In this document: positions 51,903 to 64,000 of the stretch, in pieces
Layout: the number at the start of each line of letters is the position of its first letter
How positions within the stretch are numbered: position 1 is the first letter of the stretch
The notes under the pieces: generated by a model
What the model was told of the DNA's origin: nothing
The model's input: the letters and a program-made list of their open reading frames with translations, nothing else
Databases searched by the model: none
DNA from: Octopus bimaculoides
Lineage: Eukaryota
Assembly: GCF_001194135.2 (NCBI RefSeq)
Contig: NC_068993.1
Location: 19,604,558 to 19,668,557 of the forward strand
Length of the DNA: 64,000 bases
Direction of reading: 5' to 3'
Program-made: the position numbers and the translations under genes

Positions 51903-52506
51903 TACGAAAATATAATGCTCTCTATCACCACTCAGATTTTTTCCTGCATAGATGCAGTCATTCTGGTGATAATGTAAATTTGATTTGTACCGAAATGCCT
52001 TCTACGATTAACTTTACACTCTTTAAATTAAACACAGCATAAGATGTCATGAGCTAAATGTTCCTTCAACTGCTTACTGTGAATTAACCGATTATTCTCA
52101 ATGGGTCTATACGAATGATTTAAATGATATACATTGATTGTAGGAGATAATATCTTATGCCGACAAAGAAAAGAAATATCCCCTCAAAGTGTTAAAAAAA
52201 CACTTGTATAATTAAAGTAAATTGTCTTAATCAACGGTGTCCAAGCTGTATCTCACGACTCGCATGCGGCATTGGACGTTTCTATATAAAGTCCTAAAGA
52301 ACAAAATTGGTTTCGTGCTATTTTGTTATTCTAGCGATGCAGAAATTAGAGTGGCTGANNNNNNNNNNNNNNNNNNNNNNNNNNNNNNNNNNNNNNNNNN
52401 NNNNNNNNNNNNNNNNNNNNNNNNNNNNNNNNNNNNNNNNNNNNNNNNNNNNNNNNNNNNNNNNNNNNNNNNNNNNNNNNNNNNNNNNNNNNNNNNNNNN
52501 NNNNNN

Positions 52507-52559
<53 letters not shown>

Positions 52560-52561
52560 AT

Positions 52562-52918
52562 ACAGGCGCGGGAGTGGCTGTGTGGTAAGACGCTTGCTTC
52601 CCAACCACATTGTTCCGTGTTCAGTCCCACTGCGTGACACCTTGGACAAGTGATTTCTACTATAGCCTCGAGCAGACCAAAGCCTTGTGAGTGGATTTGA
52701 ATGGAAGCCAATTGTTCATATAAATACGTATGTATTTGTGTCTCTGTTTGACCCCCCACCCCCACCCAACCATCTCTTGACAACCAATGTTGGTGTGTTT
52801 ACGTCCCCGTAACTTAGTGGTTCGACTAAAGAATAAGCTAGGTGTTGATTTGTTCGAGTAAAGGCGGTGCTCAGGTATGGTCGCAGTCTAATGACGGAAA
52901 CAAGTAGAATAAAAGAAT
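52562..52918 (+). mobile_element. SINE family B, full length
   Basis: ACAGGCGCGGGAGTGGCTGTGTGGTAAGACGCTTGCTTCCCAACCAC...GTTCAGTCCCACTGCG, ending GAAACAAGTAGAATAAAAGAAT. Confidence 0.9.
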
Positions 52919-53494
52919 ATATAAATGTATATATAAAGTCAGGCATATATATACATACATGTATATACATGTGTGTGTATGTGATGAATGTGTGTGTGTT
53001 CTAGATGACGTTCTTAACCAACGGGGGATTCACATGAACACATTGTCTTGATTATATTATACTTGGTGGAACCAGCGTTCTCCAAGACTGAACCTCTTGT
53101 TTTCTCGGAAGGAAGGTGTAGTCGATCGGGGAGAAAAGGGTGTCTGCCGGCCGTCCATTTTAGTCAGTTTTACATCTTATCTCGGTAGCTTGCACGCTTA
53201 TACTACTAGTTACAACACTCTTGCTCCGCCCGATTAAGATAACTGTGTCGCTGGAGATTTGTTACAGGGATAAATCATGTATATTAACGTTATCTCGTGC
53301 AGTAGAATTTGGTTAAATTATTCTCTCAATAAATAAATTAATCTCAAATCAATGAATGCTTCATAACTGATATAAACTTTTTTGAGCACTTTTGGTGAAT
53401 GGTACCTCGCTACGATTTTTTGGGAGTAGACTGAAGATACATTATTTACATTATTTACATTTGACGGATATTTGTCCTCATCTTGTTTGTTGTT

Positions 53495-53540
53495 AACACA
53501 ACATTTCGACTGATATACCCTCCAGCCTTCATCAGGTGTC
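53495..53540 (-). ncRNA. Minimal type I hammerhead ribozyme (PLE-type)
   Basis: Minus strand reads GACAC-CTGATGA-A-GGCTG gagggtatat CAGTC-GAAA-TG-TT-GTGTT. It has a 5-bp stem I and a 5-bp stem II. The loopless stem III AATGTT is one CpG transition away from the palindrome AACGTT. Confidence 0.7.
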
Positions 53541-55100
53541 TTGGAGAAATTTCGAAACAAAATTTCAGAAACATGACGATGCACGCACTTGATTTCATGA
53601 TACTCGTCACAAAACTTAATCCAATCAGCTATTTTATGTTTAGTAATATAGGATAATATATAAAATAATATATGCGTGTTTGTGTGTGTGTGTGTTTTTG
53701 TGTTTGTAAGTGATTAGGTATGTGTGTAAGTACTTATGTGTGTCTATGTGCTTATGTGTGTGTATGTAAGTGATTATGAGTATGTATGTATTTTACTTGT
53801 ATATCTGAATCACACATTGATATTTCACTACTAATTGTGTTTTAAATTCATTACAGAATTCTTAATTTTTTCGATTTCTTTTGAGATTTGCACAATTTAA
53901 TCTATCTTTTCACTCGGTCTAAGAAAATGTCAAATTTATATCGAAAGATCAAATCCGATTATTTTCATTTACTTCTATTTTTTTATTATTACATTATTTA
54001 TTTTAACATCATATAAAAATTCCTTAGCAATTTCAAGATAAAAAAAAAAAACATTAATAATAATAGTTTACCTTTGACAACGGATGACGTCATACTCAAT
54101 TATACTGGAATGCATGCTGGCGAACAACGAAATTAGATAATGTAGCAAATATACTTAGGAGCGAGGCAATAGTTACAGCTTCATTTTACAGAATATATAT
54201 AGTTACATACGTTGATGAGATTCAATAGCTGTCTTAATGTCATAATTACCAAACAGAAATTGGTTTAAACAGAATGGAAAATTGGTTTAAGTTGGAGATT
54301 CTATGACAACTTAGTACAAAATCTTATATCTACCTTAGAAAATATAGTCGATAAACGGTTGCCCGTTTTAAATTAGTAAAAAATAATACGTTTAAACATA
54401 TAATGAGTTTCAAATTATATAGTTGTTAATAAGACATTAAAAAATCTTCGAAGATACTGCCGGTGGGTTATATTCTGTTCTTTCAATTTGCAATTTCTAA
54501 AGTCAATTAACTTGAATAATTTTAAATGAGCAAATACCAAATTCAACAATATCTGAAAAACATTCCAATATATTATAGCATTCGTGCACCTAAGGGCACC
54601 TAGCATTTAACCAATAATTTGTTTTGAAAATCAAATTCTTTTAATTACTAGATAGGGTTTAAAATTAATTTCTCTTCAACATTAAAGCGTCAGTTTTTTT
54701 AATGAATAATATAAATGAGAAATTTCGCTGCGCATTTATTCTCCTGGAATGTTAGCTCTCTTACAAACGAAGCCATTATGCAAAAGAGGATTTGATCACA
54801 TATAACGTCCATAATTGCAATTTTTCGCCACAAATGTTTCTCTGAATTAATGTTTTAAAGGAGCTATCTATGACTTAGCAACAGTCGAGTTCTTTTGCTA
54901 AAACATTAAATTTGTAAAATNNNNNNNNNNNNNNNNNNNNNNNNNNNNNNNNNNNNNNNNNNNNNNNNNNNNNNNNNNNNNNNNNNNNNNNNNNNNNNNN
55001 NNNNNNNNNNNNNNNNNNNNNNNNNNNNNNNNNNNNNNNNNNNNNNNNNNNNNNNNNNNNNNNNNNNNNNNNNNNNNNNNNNNNNNNNNTATATATATAC

Positions 55101-55202
55101 ACTCCTTTACTTGTTTCAGTTATTTGACTGCGGCCATGCTGGAGCACCGCCTTTAATCGAGCAAATCGTTCCCAGGACTTATTCTTTGTAAGCCTAGTAC
55201 TT
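55101..55202 (-). mobile_element. SINE family B, 3' fragment
   Basis: CTTTACTTGTTTCAGTTATTTGACTGCGGCCATGCTGGAGCACCGCCTTTA...GCCTAGTACTT. Confidence 0.85.
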
Positions 55203-55841
55203 AGCCCTTTGTAATTTATTGATTTATTGATTTCTTTACCCCTTCTCTTCATATGCGCTACCTTTGACGCCATATATACTAACGGTTTTTAAAAATACTC
55301 AATAGCGTCCTGTTCATCATTTACACAGTCATCACATTTGTTAAAATGACTTCTTGTTGAGTTTGATTCTCTTTCTTTCCCTGATGAGAAGATTGCATTA
55401 TTTTACACCATTTATTCCTGTTTATTGATTTTTCCGTGTTAACTGTAAAGAAAAGAAAATTCACTCATCCATTTCCATAGAAATATATATATGTATGTAC
55501 GTATCTATGTATGTATATATGTATGTATGTATGTATGTGTGTGTGTATGTATGTGTGTGTATGTATGTCTGTATGTATGTATGTATGCATAGACATGCAT
55601 ACAATTTTAAAATGTCCTGTGGATCAATGTGCGTTTTTAAGAAAGTAAGGTTTCATTTCAACAACATGTTACCATTCCTAACAGGCGATTACGTAGATGC
55701 CCTACGTTGGTTCACAAAAATCAAAGATTTCCTTAAGCTCAAGTGTCTCTAGCTATAATGGCAACACTGGACTACAGACTGTTGCTTTTTATCCCTTTCA
55801 CTGCACTCTGAGTTCATACTAACCTATGAGAGCAAACCTAT

Positions 55842-55945
55842 CATAGTGGGCATTCTAGCCATGGTGGGCATTCTAGCCATAGTGGGCATTCTAGCCATGG
55901 TGGGCATTCTAGCCATGGTGGGCATTCTAGCCATGGTGGGCATTC
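55842..55945. repeat. 18-bp minisatellite (CATRGTGGGCATTCTAGC), about 5.7 units
   Basis: Direct reading. Confidence 0.95.
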
Positions 55946-56515
55946 CACATATTTTGTTCCATGTATAAAGGCCTCTTTTTAAAATCCGTAGGGCAAAATT
56001 TGAGAGAAAATTTAGTTATTCATTCTAGTAGGATAAGCTAGATTACCACTGCATGGTGGTTCATTCCTTCATTTTGCTGCATAAATGGATAGGATTTAAA
56101 CACTGATGAAAATTCGACATTAAATATGACAGATGTAATTTTTGAGCTAAACTAAAAGCTATTTATTTACCAATGATTGTTTTAAAGCTTTATAACTTTC
56201 CTCCCACTCAACCCCCATACAATATACATTCATACACAAACAGAGAAACACACGCACATTCTGTTATCGAGATATCTGTTTAAATAGAACTTGCTGCAAG
56301 TGTTGACAGAGTCTGAGAAGAATGTTTACATAGTGCTTCCTTCTTATACACTGCGCCTCTGGGCCTTTCACTCCCTCTCTCTTCCTGGCTTTCCGTGTCT
56401 TACTTCTTTGCGTTTTTCCCTTTCGTCTACATATTCTATTCCACCCCGACTCTTTATCCAATCCCGTGACTTATAATTATCAATTATTTTTATGAGCTTC
56501 AGATTATGATGCTCA

Positions 56516-56550
<35 letters not shown>

Positions 56551-56774
56551 TTTCTCAGCTCTCGCCTCCTTGCATTTCCATGTTTTTGCTTTCTTTTCTT
56601 TATATATCTTAACCTGCGTTATCGTCTTTCTGTTATATTCTTTTATTTTCTTATTTTCTCTTTCATATTCTTATTTTGGCCACCGATTTATATCTTTTGT
56701 TGACCTCTCCTTCCTTTCTATTTGTATGTAGATTAACTACATCTCTCGATATATAATTAAGTCTTCTCTCCACT

Positions 56775-56833
56775 TTTGCTCTCTCTCTCTTCTCTCTCTG
56801 TTTCTCTTTCTTCCTTTCTTTCTTTCTTTCGTT

Positions 56834-56874
<41 letters not shown>

Positions 56875-56878
56875 GCTG

Positions 56879-56919
<41 letters not shown>

Positions 56920-56938
56920 TTATCTATCTATCTATCTG

Positions 56939-56992
<54 letters not shown>

Positions 56993-57078
56993 CCACCTTC
57001 ATCTTTTATGCTTGTTATCTGTGTCTTTTTCGCTCTCTTTCAGCGTATATATATATATATACACATATGCATGTATAA

Positions 57079-57140
<62 letters not shown>
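56775..57140. repeat. Compound (CT)n/(TCTA)n/(TA)n/(CA)n microsatellite
   Basis: Direct reading. Confidence 0.95.
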
Positions 57141-58004
57141 CTACAGCTATACCTACATACAATGAAGAAGAGAAAAGAGGGAATGAGATCGAGAATTTTC
57201 TGAAAAGATGTTTACGTTACCATGCTTTCCTTAGCAATGAATATTGTACACTACTCGTTCAATATTCAACGCATTTTAGACAAAATCTTATGTAGACACT
57301 TGTAATACTGTAATATCTAAACATGGAACACTGTATCATTTAAACATGTAACACTATACACCATAGAAACATGTTAACTGTGTCAGTTAAGTATGCATAT
57401 CTTAATATCAAATATACATTTTCCAGTGACATAAGGCTTCAGATTTTGCAACTAGAATCTCATCTTGTATTCTTTGTCGACTCTGGAAACATTAAAAAAC
57501 AATCAAACCTATCTCCGGTGTGAATTGATGTTCTAAACAGGATCAGTCTTCTAAACTTGATACTACAAAATACTTGCATTTAATAAACCATGCAAAACAG
57601 GATTGTTATTGAGGTTTCCAACTTGGCAGTCTCATGATCTCATTCTCTTCTAAGAGTGTCTGGGAAACAGCGGCCCTCAAGACTTTCTGGAAGGCACAAC
57701 TAAATGGAAAATTACCTTGATTTTCTTCTTAGTAGTGCGACCCGCTTTTTGATGTGTCACGTCTCCAGTGTCCCGCTTCTTGGAAAAGACTATGCTAGGT
57801 CCAAGACATCATGCAGTCTATTCTGTTCTTATATAAAATAATTGTGTTCATAATTTGGGAGAGATTCAGCTACTATTTATCGCAAGTTTTGCGGCCATAA
57901 GAAGCTCCTTGTTGACCCATGTATTAATTAATAAAGTGAAACGAGAATGTTTGATTCTCAAGCTTTATCAAATATCTAAACGTTATTATCATAAAAGCTA
58001 TTAA

Positions 58005-58220
58005 GGCGGCGAGCTGGAAAAGCCATTAGCACGCTGGGCAAAATGCTTAGCGGCATTTCGTCCGCCTCTACGTTCTAAGTTCAAATTCCGTCGTGGTTGA
58101 CTTTACTTTTCATCCTTTCGGGGTCTATAATATAAGTACCATTTGAACACTGTGAGCGATATAAACGTTTTAGCCCCTCCTACAAAATTGCTGGCCCTGT
58201 GCCAAAATTTGAAACCATTA
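58005..58220 (+). mobile_element. SINE family C with TSD
   Basis: GGCGGCGAGCTGGAAAAGCCATTAGCACGCTGGGC...GTTCAAATTCC...TTTCATCCTTTCGGGGTC. TSD ATAAAAGCTATT at 57991-58002 and 58223-58234. Confidence 0.9.
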
Positions 58221-58369
58221 TTATAAAAGCTATTTATACTTGTACTAAGGAAAATAAATATAGTTAACTTTTCGTGATTAAAAGTATCCAGTAACAGGTC
58301 ATCAGCTCCATTGATTTCGTTCGGGTGGGAACCATCGATTATAGGTTATATCGATCTTGGTATTAAAAT

Positions 58370-58485
58370 CCTCTTATTTTATCGACCCTTGAAAGAAAGA
58401 AAGAAAGCAAGGTCGATACGGCAAAGTTTGGACTCAGAGCCATAACCAAATATCGCAAGGCATTTTACCCAATGCTCTATTGATT
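58370..58485 (-). mobile_element. SINE family C-like fragment, decayed
   Basis: TTATTTTATCGACCC...AAAGCAAGGTCGA...AAAGTTTGGACTCAGA...GGCATTTTACCC. Confidence 0.55.
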
Positions 58486-58526
58486 CTTCCGCGACATCAT
58501 TCTAATTTTATTACATACACACACGC

Positions 58527-58650
<124 letters not shown>

Positions 58651-58990
58651 GTTCGGCTTTCATTAATATATTTCATTAATTATTGACTCCAGAATTACTG
58701 ATTGTGAAGTTGATCATGACAAGAGTTAAACAAAGCACAAATGAAAGATAAATTAGATACAAGTAAACAGAAATATAGATTTCTCACCCAAACTGCCTCA
58801 TTTCTATTGAAGGTGCAAAGGCTGGTACGTTGTGGTAATCATGTTCTTTTTTGCTGTTGTTCTGTCACCACTGAATGATGAATGAGCGAAAATATGATCA
58901 AATGTGTTCTATGTCAGTATTTTCCATTTTGACATTCCTTTTGTAAGATGGTCGGTTGTGTATTAAGGTGGATTTAGTATCTACATTTGT

Positions 58991-59375
58991 GGAGGCGCAA
59001 TGGCCCAGTGGTTAGGGCAGCGGACTCGCAGTCATAGGATCGCGGTTTCGATTCCCAAACCAGGCGTTGTGGGGGTTTATTGAGCGAAAACGCCTAAAGC
59101 TCCACGAGGCTCCGGCAGGGGATGGTGGCGAGCCCTGCTGTACTCTTTCACCACAACTTTCTCTCACTCTTTCTTCCTGTTTCTGTTGCGCTTGTAATTC
59201 ATAGGTTCAGCCTCGTCACACTGTGTCATGCTGAATATCCCCGAGAATTACGTTAAGGGTACATGCGTCTGTGGAGTGCTCAGCCACTTGCACGTTAATT
59301 TCACGAGCAGGCTGTTCCGTTGATCGGATCAACTGGAACCCTCGACGTCGTAAGCGACAGAGTGCCAGCAACAAC
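58991..59375 (+). mobile_element. SINE family A, full length, 13-bp TSD
   Basis: A box TGGCCCAGTGG, B box GGTTTCGATTCC and a CAA tail. TSD AGTATCTACATTT at 58976-58988 and 59376-59388. Confidence 0.95.
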
Positions 59376-59660
59376 AGTATCTACATTTAGCAGGTCGAGC
59401 GATCTTGTATAGACACATTAGAACTTTCAGTTACATAATTTCTTATAGCGTTAGTTAGTTGTAAGTTAAAAATTAAGTCTGAAACTAAGTCTAAAAACAA
59501 ATCTAAGTTGCCGACGGGACTGACTAGGCTCTTGTAATGCAAGGTGTTCAAATTCAATGCAAATTCCATCGAAGTATATACACAAGAGGTGTACATGTTA
59601 TGGAGTCGTTTCATTTACAGTGTTTTCTGAACAGAATATATCTGTGAACGTATGAACGTA

Positions 59661-60650
59661 TCAGGTCATCCTATAAATTATGCCCGAAATATCATGCATT
59701 TAAATTCTATCAAATTTTTACAGTATTCTAAAATGTGAAATGATATTGATTGATGCGCATACGAATTTGGAAACCTTTATCGCAATATAATTTCTTTTTA
59801 CAAAATAATCTGACTGAATTAATTACTAAAATAAACCCCTCAAAGATGGATGTATCGAAGGAGCATTTAAGACATATAATGCTTTACGCGTTGAAAAAGA
59901 GAAACAGTGCAGCAGAAGTAAGCAAAAATGTTCATGTTCTTTATGGACGCCCTGTTAAATTCGACGATGAGCTTCTTTTGTCGGGGTTTGAGAAGGATAA
60001 TGCTGTGTCAGTTGAAGAATTGGCAAATAAGTTTAATTCAAGNNNNNNNNNNNCTAAAATGTGAAATGATATTGATTGATGCGCATACGAATTTGGAAAC
60101 CTTTATCGCAATATAATTTCTTTTTACAAAATAATCTGACTGAATTAATTACTAAAATAAACCCCTCAAAGATGGATGTATCGAAGGAGCATTTAAGACA
60201 CATAATGCTTTACGCGTTGAAAAAGAGAAACAGTGCAGCAGAAGTAAGCAAAAATGTTCATGTTCTTTATGGACGCCCTGTTAAATTCGACGATGAGCTT
60301 CTTTTGTCGGGGTTTGAGAAGGATAATGCTGTGTCAGTTGAAGAATTGGCAAATAAGTTTAATTCAAGCCATTCAGCAGTTCACTGCCATCTTCAACAGC
60401 TTGGCAAAGTGCCCAAACTCGGAAAATGGGTTCCCAATGATTTGACATAAGCCAACCAAAAATCTGATGTGAACATCTGCTCATTTCTTCACTCTCGTGA
60501 ACGTATCTCACTACTTTTGAAGAGATTAGTGACTGGTGATAAGAAGTGCATTTTTTATGAAAATGTTAAGCGATGCAGGTAATGGCTTAGTTGTAGAGAA
60601 CAGGCTAAACCACTATCCACAAAGACCTCCATGGTAAAAAGATTCTTTCT
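59661..60650 (+). mobile_element. Mariner-family transposon, internally deleted and 3'-truncated
   Basis: Begins TA-TCAGGTCATCCTATAAATT (candidate left TIR) and contains a mariner transposase remnant. 59728-60042 is duplicated across an 11-N gap. Confidence 0.85.
60172..60645 (+). pseudogene. Mariner transposase pseudogene (N-terminal half)
   Basis: MDVSKEHLRHIMLY..., RPVKFDDE, KLGKWVPNDLT (WVPHEL motif), RLVTGDKKCIFYEN (first catalytic Asp, TGDEKW motif), with in-frame stops. Confidence 0.9.
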
Positions 60651-60816
60651 GCCGGGGGCGGGGGCATTACATTGGAGTCGAATTTCGCTGATGTTAAGCT
60701 TATTGTTACCATTCAAGGGTAGATAAACTAAGCACTAATCTTGCGCTGGAAGTATGCCAATTGATCCTACATCTCCTTAAAAAAGCAAAGACTGTTTCTA
60801 CTGTAAGAACATTTGG

Positions 60817-61019
60817 GTTTCAAATCTTGACACAAGGCCAGTAATTTTAGGGAAGGAGATAAGTGGATTTCATCGATTCAACAGGTACCTATTTTATCAA
60901 CTCCCAAAGGATGAAAAGTAAAATCGACCTCGGCGAAATTTAAACTCAGAACCTACAGATGCACTAAACACTGCTAGGCATTTTGCCCGGCGCGCTAACG
61001 ATTCCGTCAAAACGCCGCC
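60817..61019 (-). mobile_element. SINE family C
   Basis: TTTCAAATCTTGACACAAGGCCAG...AGGATGAAAAGTAAAATCGACCTCGGCGAAATTTAAACTCAGAAC...GCCCGGCGCGCTAACGATTC...CGCCGCC. Confidence 0.88.
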
Positions 61020-64000
61020 CTTCATTAGAAGAATATAATAATTTTATTTTCGATATTTTCTTAAATGTTAAATATTAATATTAATTCTACATAAGAATAT
61101 CTCTAACCTGAATGAATCCATATCTTCTGTCTAGAAGTTATTAATCAAAATAGCATTAAATCAAGTCTAGAAACAATTAATCATATCATAACTTTTATGA
61201 TGTTGCATAAGTTTCTTCATTCATACTTATGTTGGTGAATTGATGTTCAGTGAATACGATCGAAAAAACTTGCAGAAAATAACGAACTTGTCGAAATAAT
61301 TTTACTGATATCAATTGCGCCAGCGTAATTTGTAAACGGCGTGCTCCATCTTTTTCTGTTTTACTTATTAAAAAAATCAATAACTTTCAGTTCAATGTTT
61401 TGTAAGAGCTGTAGCAAAAGTGATAAACTCGGGGACTGCAACCCATACTTGTTTCAAATGTAGTCGTTTAATTTACTCAACTAATGACACTGGAAAAACA
61501 AAAGTATCATCATGGTCATGATCATCACCATCGTCTTCGTCGTCGACGTCGTCATCATCATCATAATCATCATCACAACTTTGGTTCACCTTGCATTGAA
61601 GCCAATAAGGTTTATCTCTATTTATGCAGACTACTGGCCATGAAAGGTCAAGCAATTGACCCTGTCGTTGTTTTATGTCATATTTTATTGAATTTTCTAT
61701 TGAATGCGTTAGTAAAGCTCTTAGATTGCAGTATCATAAATATTTAATTTGTCGAAGCACCACTACACAACACTTCATCTACGCGAAGTGTATCAAACAC
61801 ACATTAGCTAGACAGAGTTTATCTTTTTGCCAATTTATGTCAAGATGATGACTTAGCGATTTTATAGCGCTATTTTGCAGTAGAAATGTGCAGCTAGATG
61901 GAGTAAGTGAATTGACAGTCATGTGTTTTCGGTCAACGCCGACGAGACAACAACGCAATCGCTAATCAATGAAGAGGCTTCTCATCGGTTACTTGAATGG
62001 TTAGAAATAGCAGCTAAATTCTCCCGCAAGCAGCATCCTTCATCTTAAAGGTGAATGACATTAGAAACGTTGATATATATATATATATATATATGTATAT
62101 ACAAGGCTCTAACCTTTTACTTACACGGTGCTCTATCGACTCGGCTATGTTTTGAATAAAGCTAATAAGGATACGTAAAATAATATATTTCGTAATCTCC
62201 TATTCCATGCCTATGCAAGAAATCCATTACGTTTTTTTATTTCCGTCTTCTTATATTATTTTTTTAAAGTAGTGTACGCAATGAAGTGCTAGAAAAAGGC
62301 ATAACGGCAATTTTTCTGTTTTCCCTTTCCTAAAGCTCTGCGGCGGCATGCCTAAATAACGATTCAGAAAATCATTATTTTGCATGCGCGTCTTGTTTTC
62401 TTTCCTCATAACTTTTGTTGTTTTTTTAAAGTAAATTTGGCTGATTCCCATTGTACGATACATGCTTGCATTATGCATGCAACCTAACTCGGAAGATTTT
62501 CATTGAATATACGGCTCTATGCGTTCATACTTTAAGTCAATTTTTTGCATTCCTTCTCTTTTTTTGTTTTTCGTTTTGCGTTCTTGTATAATAAATCTAT
62601 CTTTCTGCACTAAAAGCATTGGCAGCGAAGCCAAATTTAATTTAATATGTTTAAGAGAAACGAAAGTAACAACATGCGCGTATAAGACAGCCATTTTGAA
62701 AATCCCTTTGCTAAACAAGAGCTCTATAGAAATAGATTGCAATCATTATTTTACTTTGCTACTAATTAGACACGTCACAAAGTGTTAAATTTGCAAAACA
62801 TTAAATTGTGGTTTCATGTAATCAAACGATTTCCCAAAAGTGTGAACTTATTAAAGATATTTCCCGTTTTAAATTACATATCTCACATAGGATCTATTAA
62901 CTAGGAAAGTTAAAATAAAGGAATGAATTTCTTCCTTAACTATTTCTTCTATCTTTCTTCAGTTGATTATTTCTATCAATCACCTATATTCGCATCTTAA
63001 TTGTAAGTTATTAGAATTATGCCAATAAATAATTCACTCAGTGTATGGATCATCAAAATGCTTCCTTGAAAAATGTTAGTATGTATGCCAAAGCAAAAAT
63101 ATCAGTCTATGAGTAATACTATTTTCATTTTCTTTGGCAAGTACAAGAGACAACTCTATATGTTTTGACATTGTTAATGAAACATTGTTATGGTGTTCAT
63201 TGAAACTGTAATCAAAGAGTAGTCATAAAAATGTAAATTGTAACTGTATAACTTGTTTAATATAGCAAATGAAACTATTTTAGACATCACATATTTAAAA
63301 AGTTAGTGTAAACATATTTAAGAAATAGAGTATTTACAATCCAATTAGAAATTGTTATGTAAAGGAAATAGATATACGTGGAAGAAAGTTAAATAGAAAG
63401 AATTTTTTCTGAAACATTTACATTCTAAACAAAGAATCACGTGCAAAAATGAAGAGTATATATTTGAGAAAACATTGGGAGCAACCAGTGGAACTCGTAC
63501 CTACAGATGCTTCATGATGACATTGTCATATTACAAAATGCAATGATAGAAACTGGCATTATATAATGAGTGGGGAATATTTGGGGGACCGAATCGAGTG
63601 AAATGAAATCGAAATAGGTAGGAGAGGAACAAAATGCTCACATCATAGGCCTGAAGACAATCTCGAAATTTCCTTCAGGTTGGCATAAAGAAGGTAATGT
63701 AAGACTTGTTGTTTCTTATCTATATAGTCTTTAAGGTCATCAAGAACACGTAGAGGACAGTTCCTTGTATATCCCAATGGTACGATTTATGTGTATCACT
63801 TTGTTTTACACGTAAAGCTAAATTCTCCATTCAGTTCCCAGTTAACCAGGTTAACCACCAGTAAACTATATGAAAATCTATCTATGTGTTCTGTTTAAAT
63901 TCTATATTGTACATACTATTGTATGCAACAAGTAACAGATGCAACGCCCACAACATTAAAACAAAGTTAAGAATACTTTTCTATAAAGATAACTTTAAGA

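Noticed and set aside
55842-55945. CRISPR-like array
   Set aside because: The units are contiguous with no unique spacers, there are no cas genes, and the context is eukaryotic.
57560-57820. Minus-strand TGDV..QKAGRTT resembling a Tc1 GRPR region
   Set aside because: There are no TIRs or further transposase motifs, and the match is too short.
58991-59065. tRNA genes suggested by A/B boxes in SINE heads (also 25725-25798, 15715-15785 and 19840-19912)
   Set aside because: There is no complete cloverleaf or acceptor stem. The heads continue into repeated SINE bodies with TSDs.
59728-60368. Apparent 315-bp tandem duplication inside the mariner element
   Set aside because: The two copies flank an 11-N gap and are almost identical (one T/C difference noticed). 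This is the typical signature of unmerged overlapping contig ends or haplotypes.

Overview
This is AT-rich, microsatellite-dense eukaryotic DNA from a gapped draft assembly. I counted 19 N-runs, most of them bordered by simple repeats. The repeat content resembles a coleoid cephalopod, probably Octopus; this is an inference, not a database result. I found no convincing host protein-coding exon, rRNA, true tRNA or CRISPR array, and most ORFs in the supplied track are artefacts of N-runs or microsatellites. The window is a graveyard of mobile elements. It holds three tRNA-derived SINE families (about 20 copies, several with clear target-site duplications), a decayed Tc1, an internally deleted mariner, an RTE-type LINE with a 5' inversion, a hAT MITE, a probable Helentron-type non-autonomous end, and at least three Penelope-like element (PLE) coding fragments (one RT thumb, two GIY-YIG). 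The most interesting signal is a set of sequence-unrelated type I hammerhead ribozyme (HHR) folds, none of them visible in the ORF track. (1) A canonical HHR at 28698-28803 carries a perfect antisense copy of its own catalytic core in loop II. (2) A minimal HHR lies at 53495-53540 on the minus strand. (3) A variant-core HHR sits in a ~342-bp unit arranged as tandem plus inverted copies (6650-7462) and fused to a PLE RT fragment; diverged relatives of this unit are embedded in (TA)n tracts. (4) A 185-bp PLE-adjacent module has been copied into a SINE. Together these suggest several PLE-terminal or retrozyme-like ribozyme repeat families. All folds were assigned by eye, and no activity has been tested.
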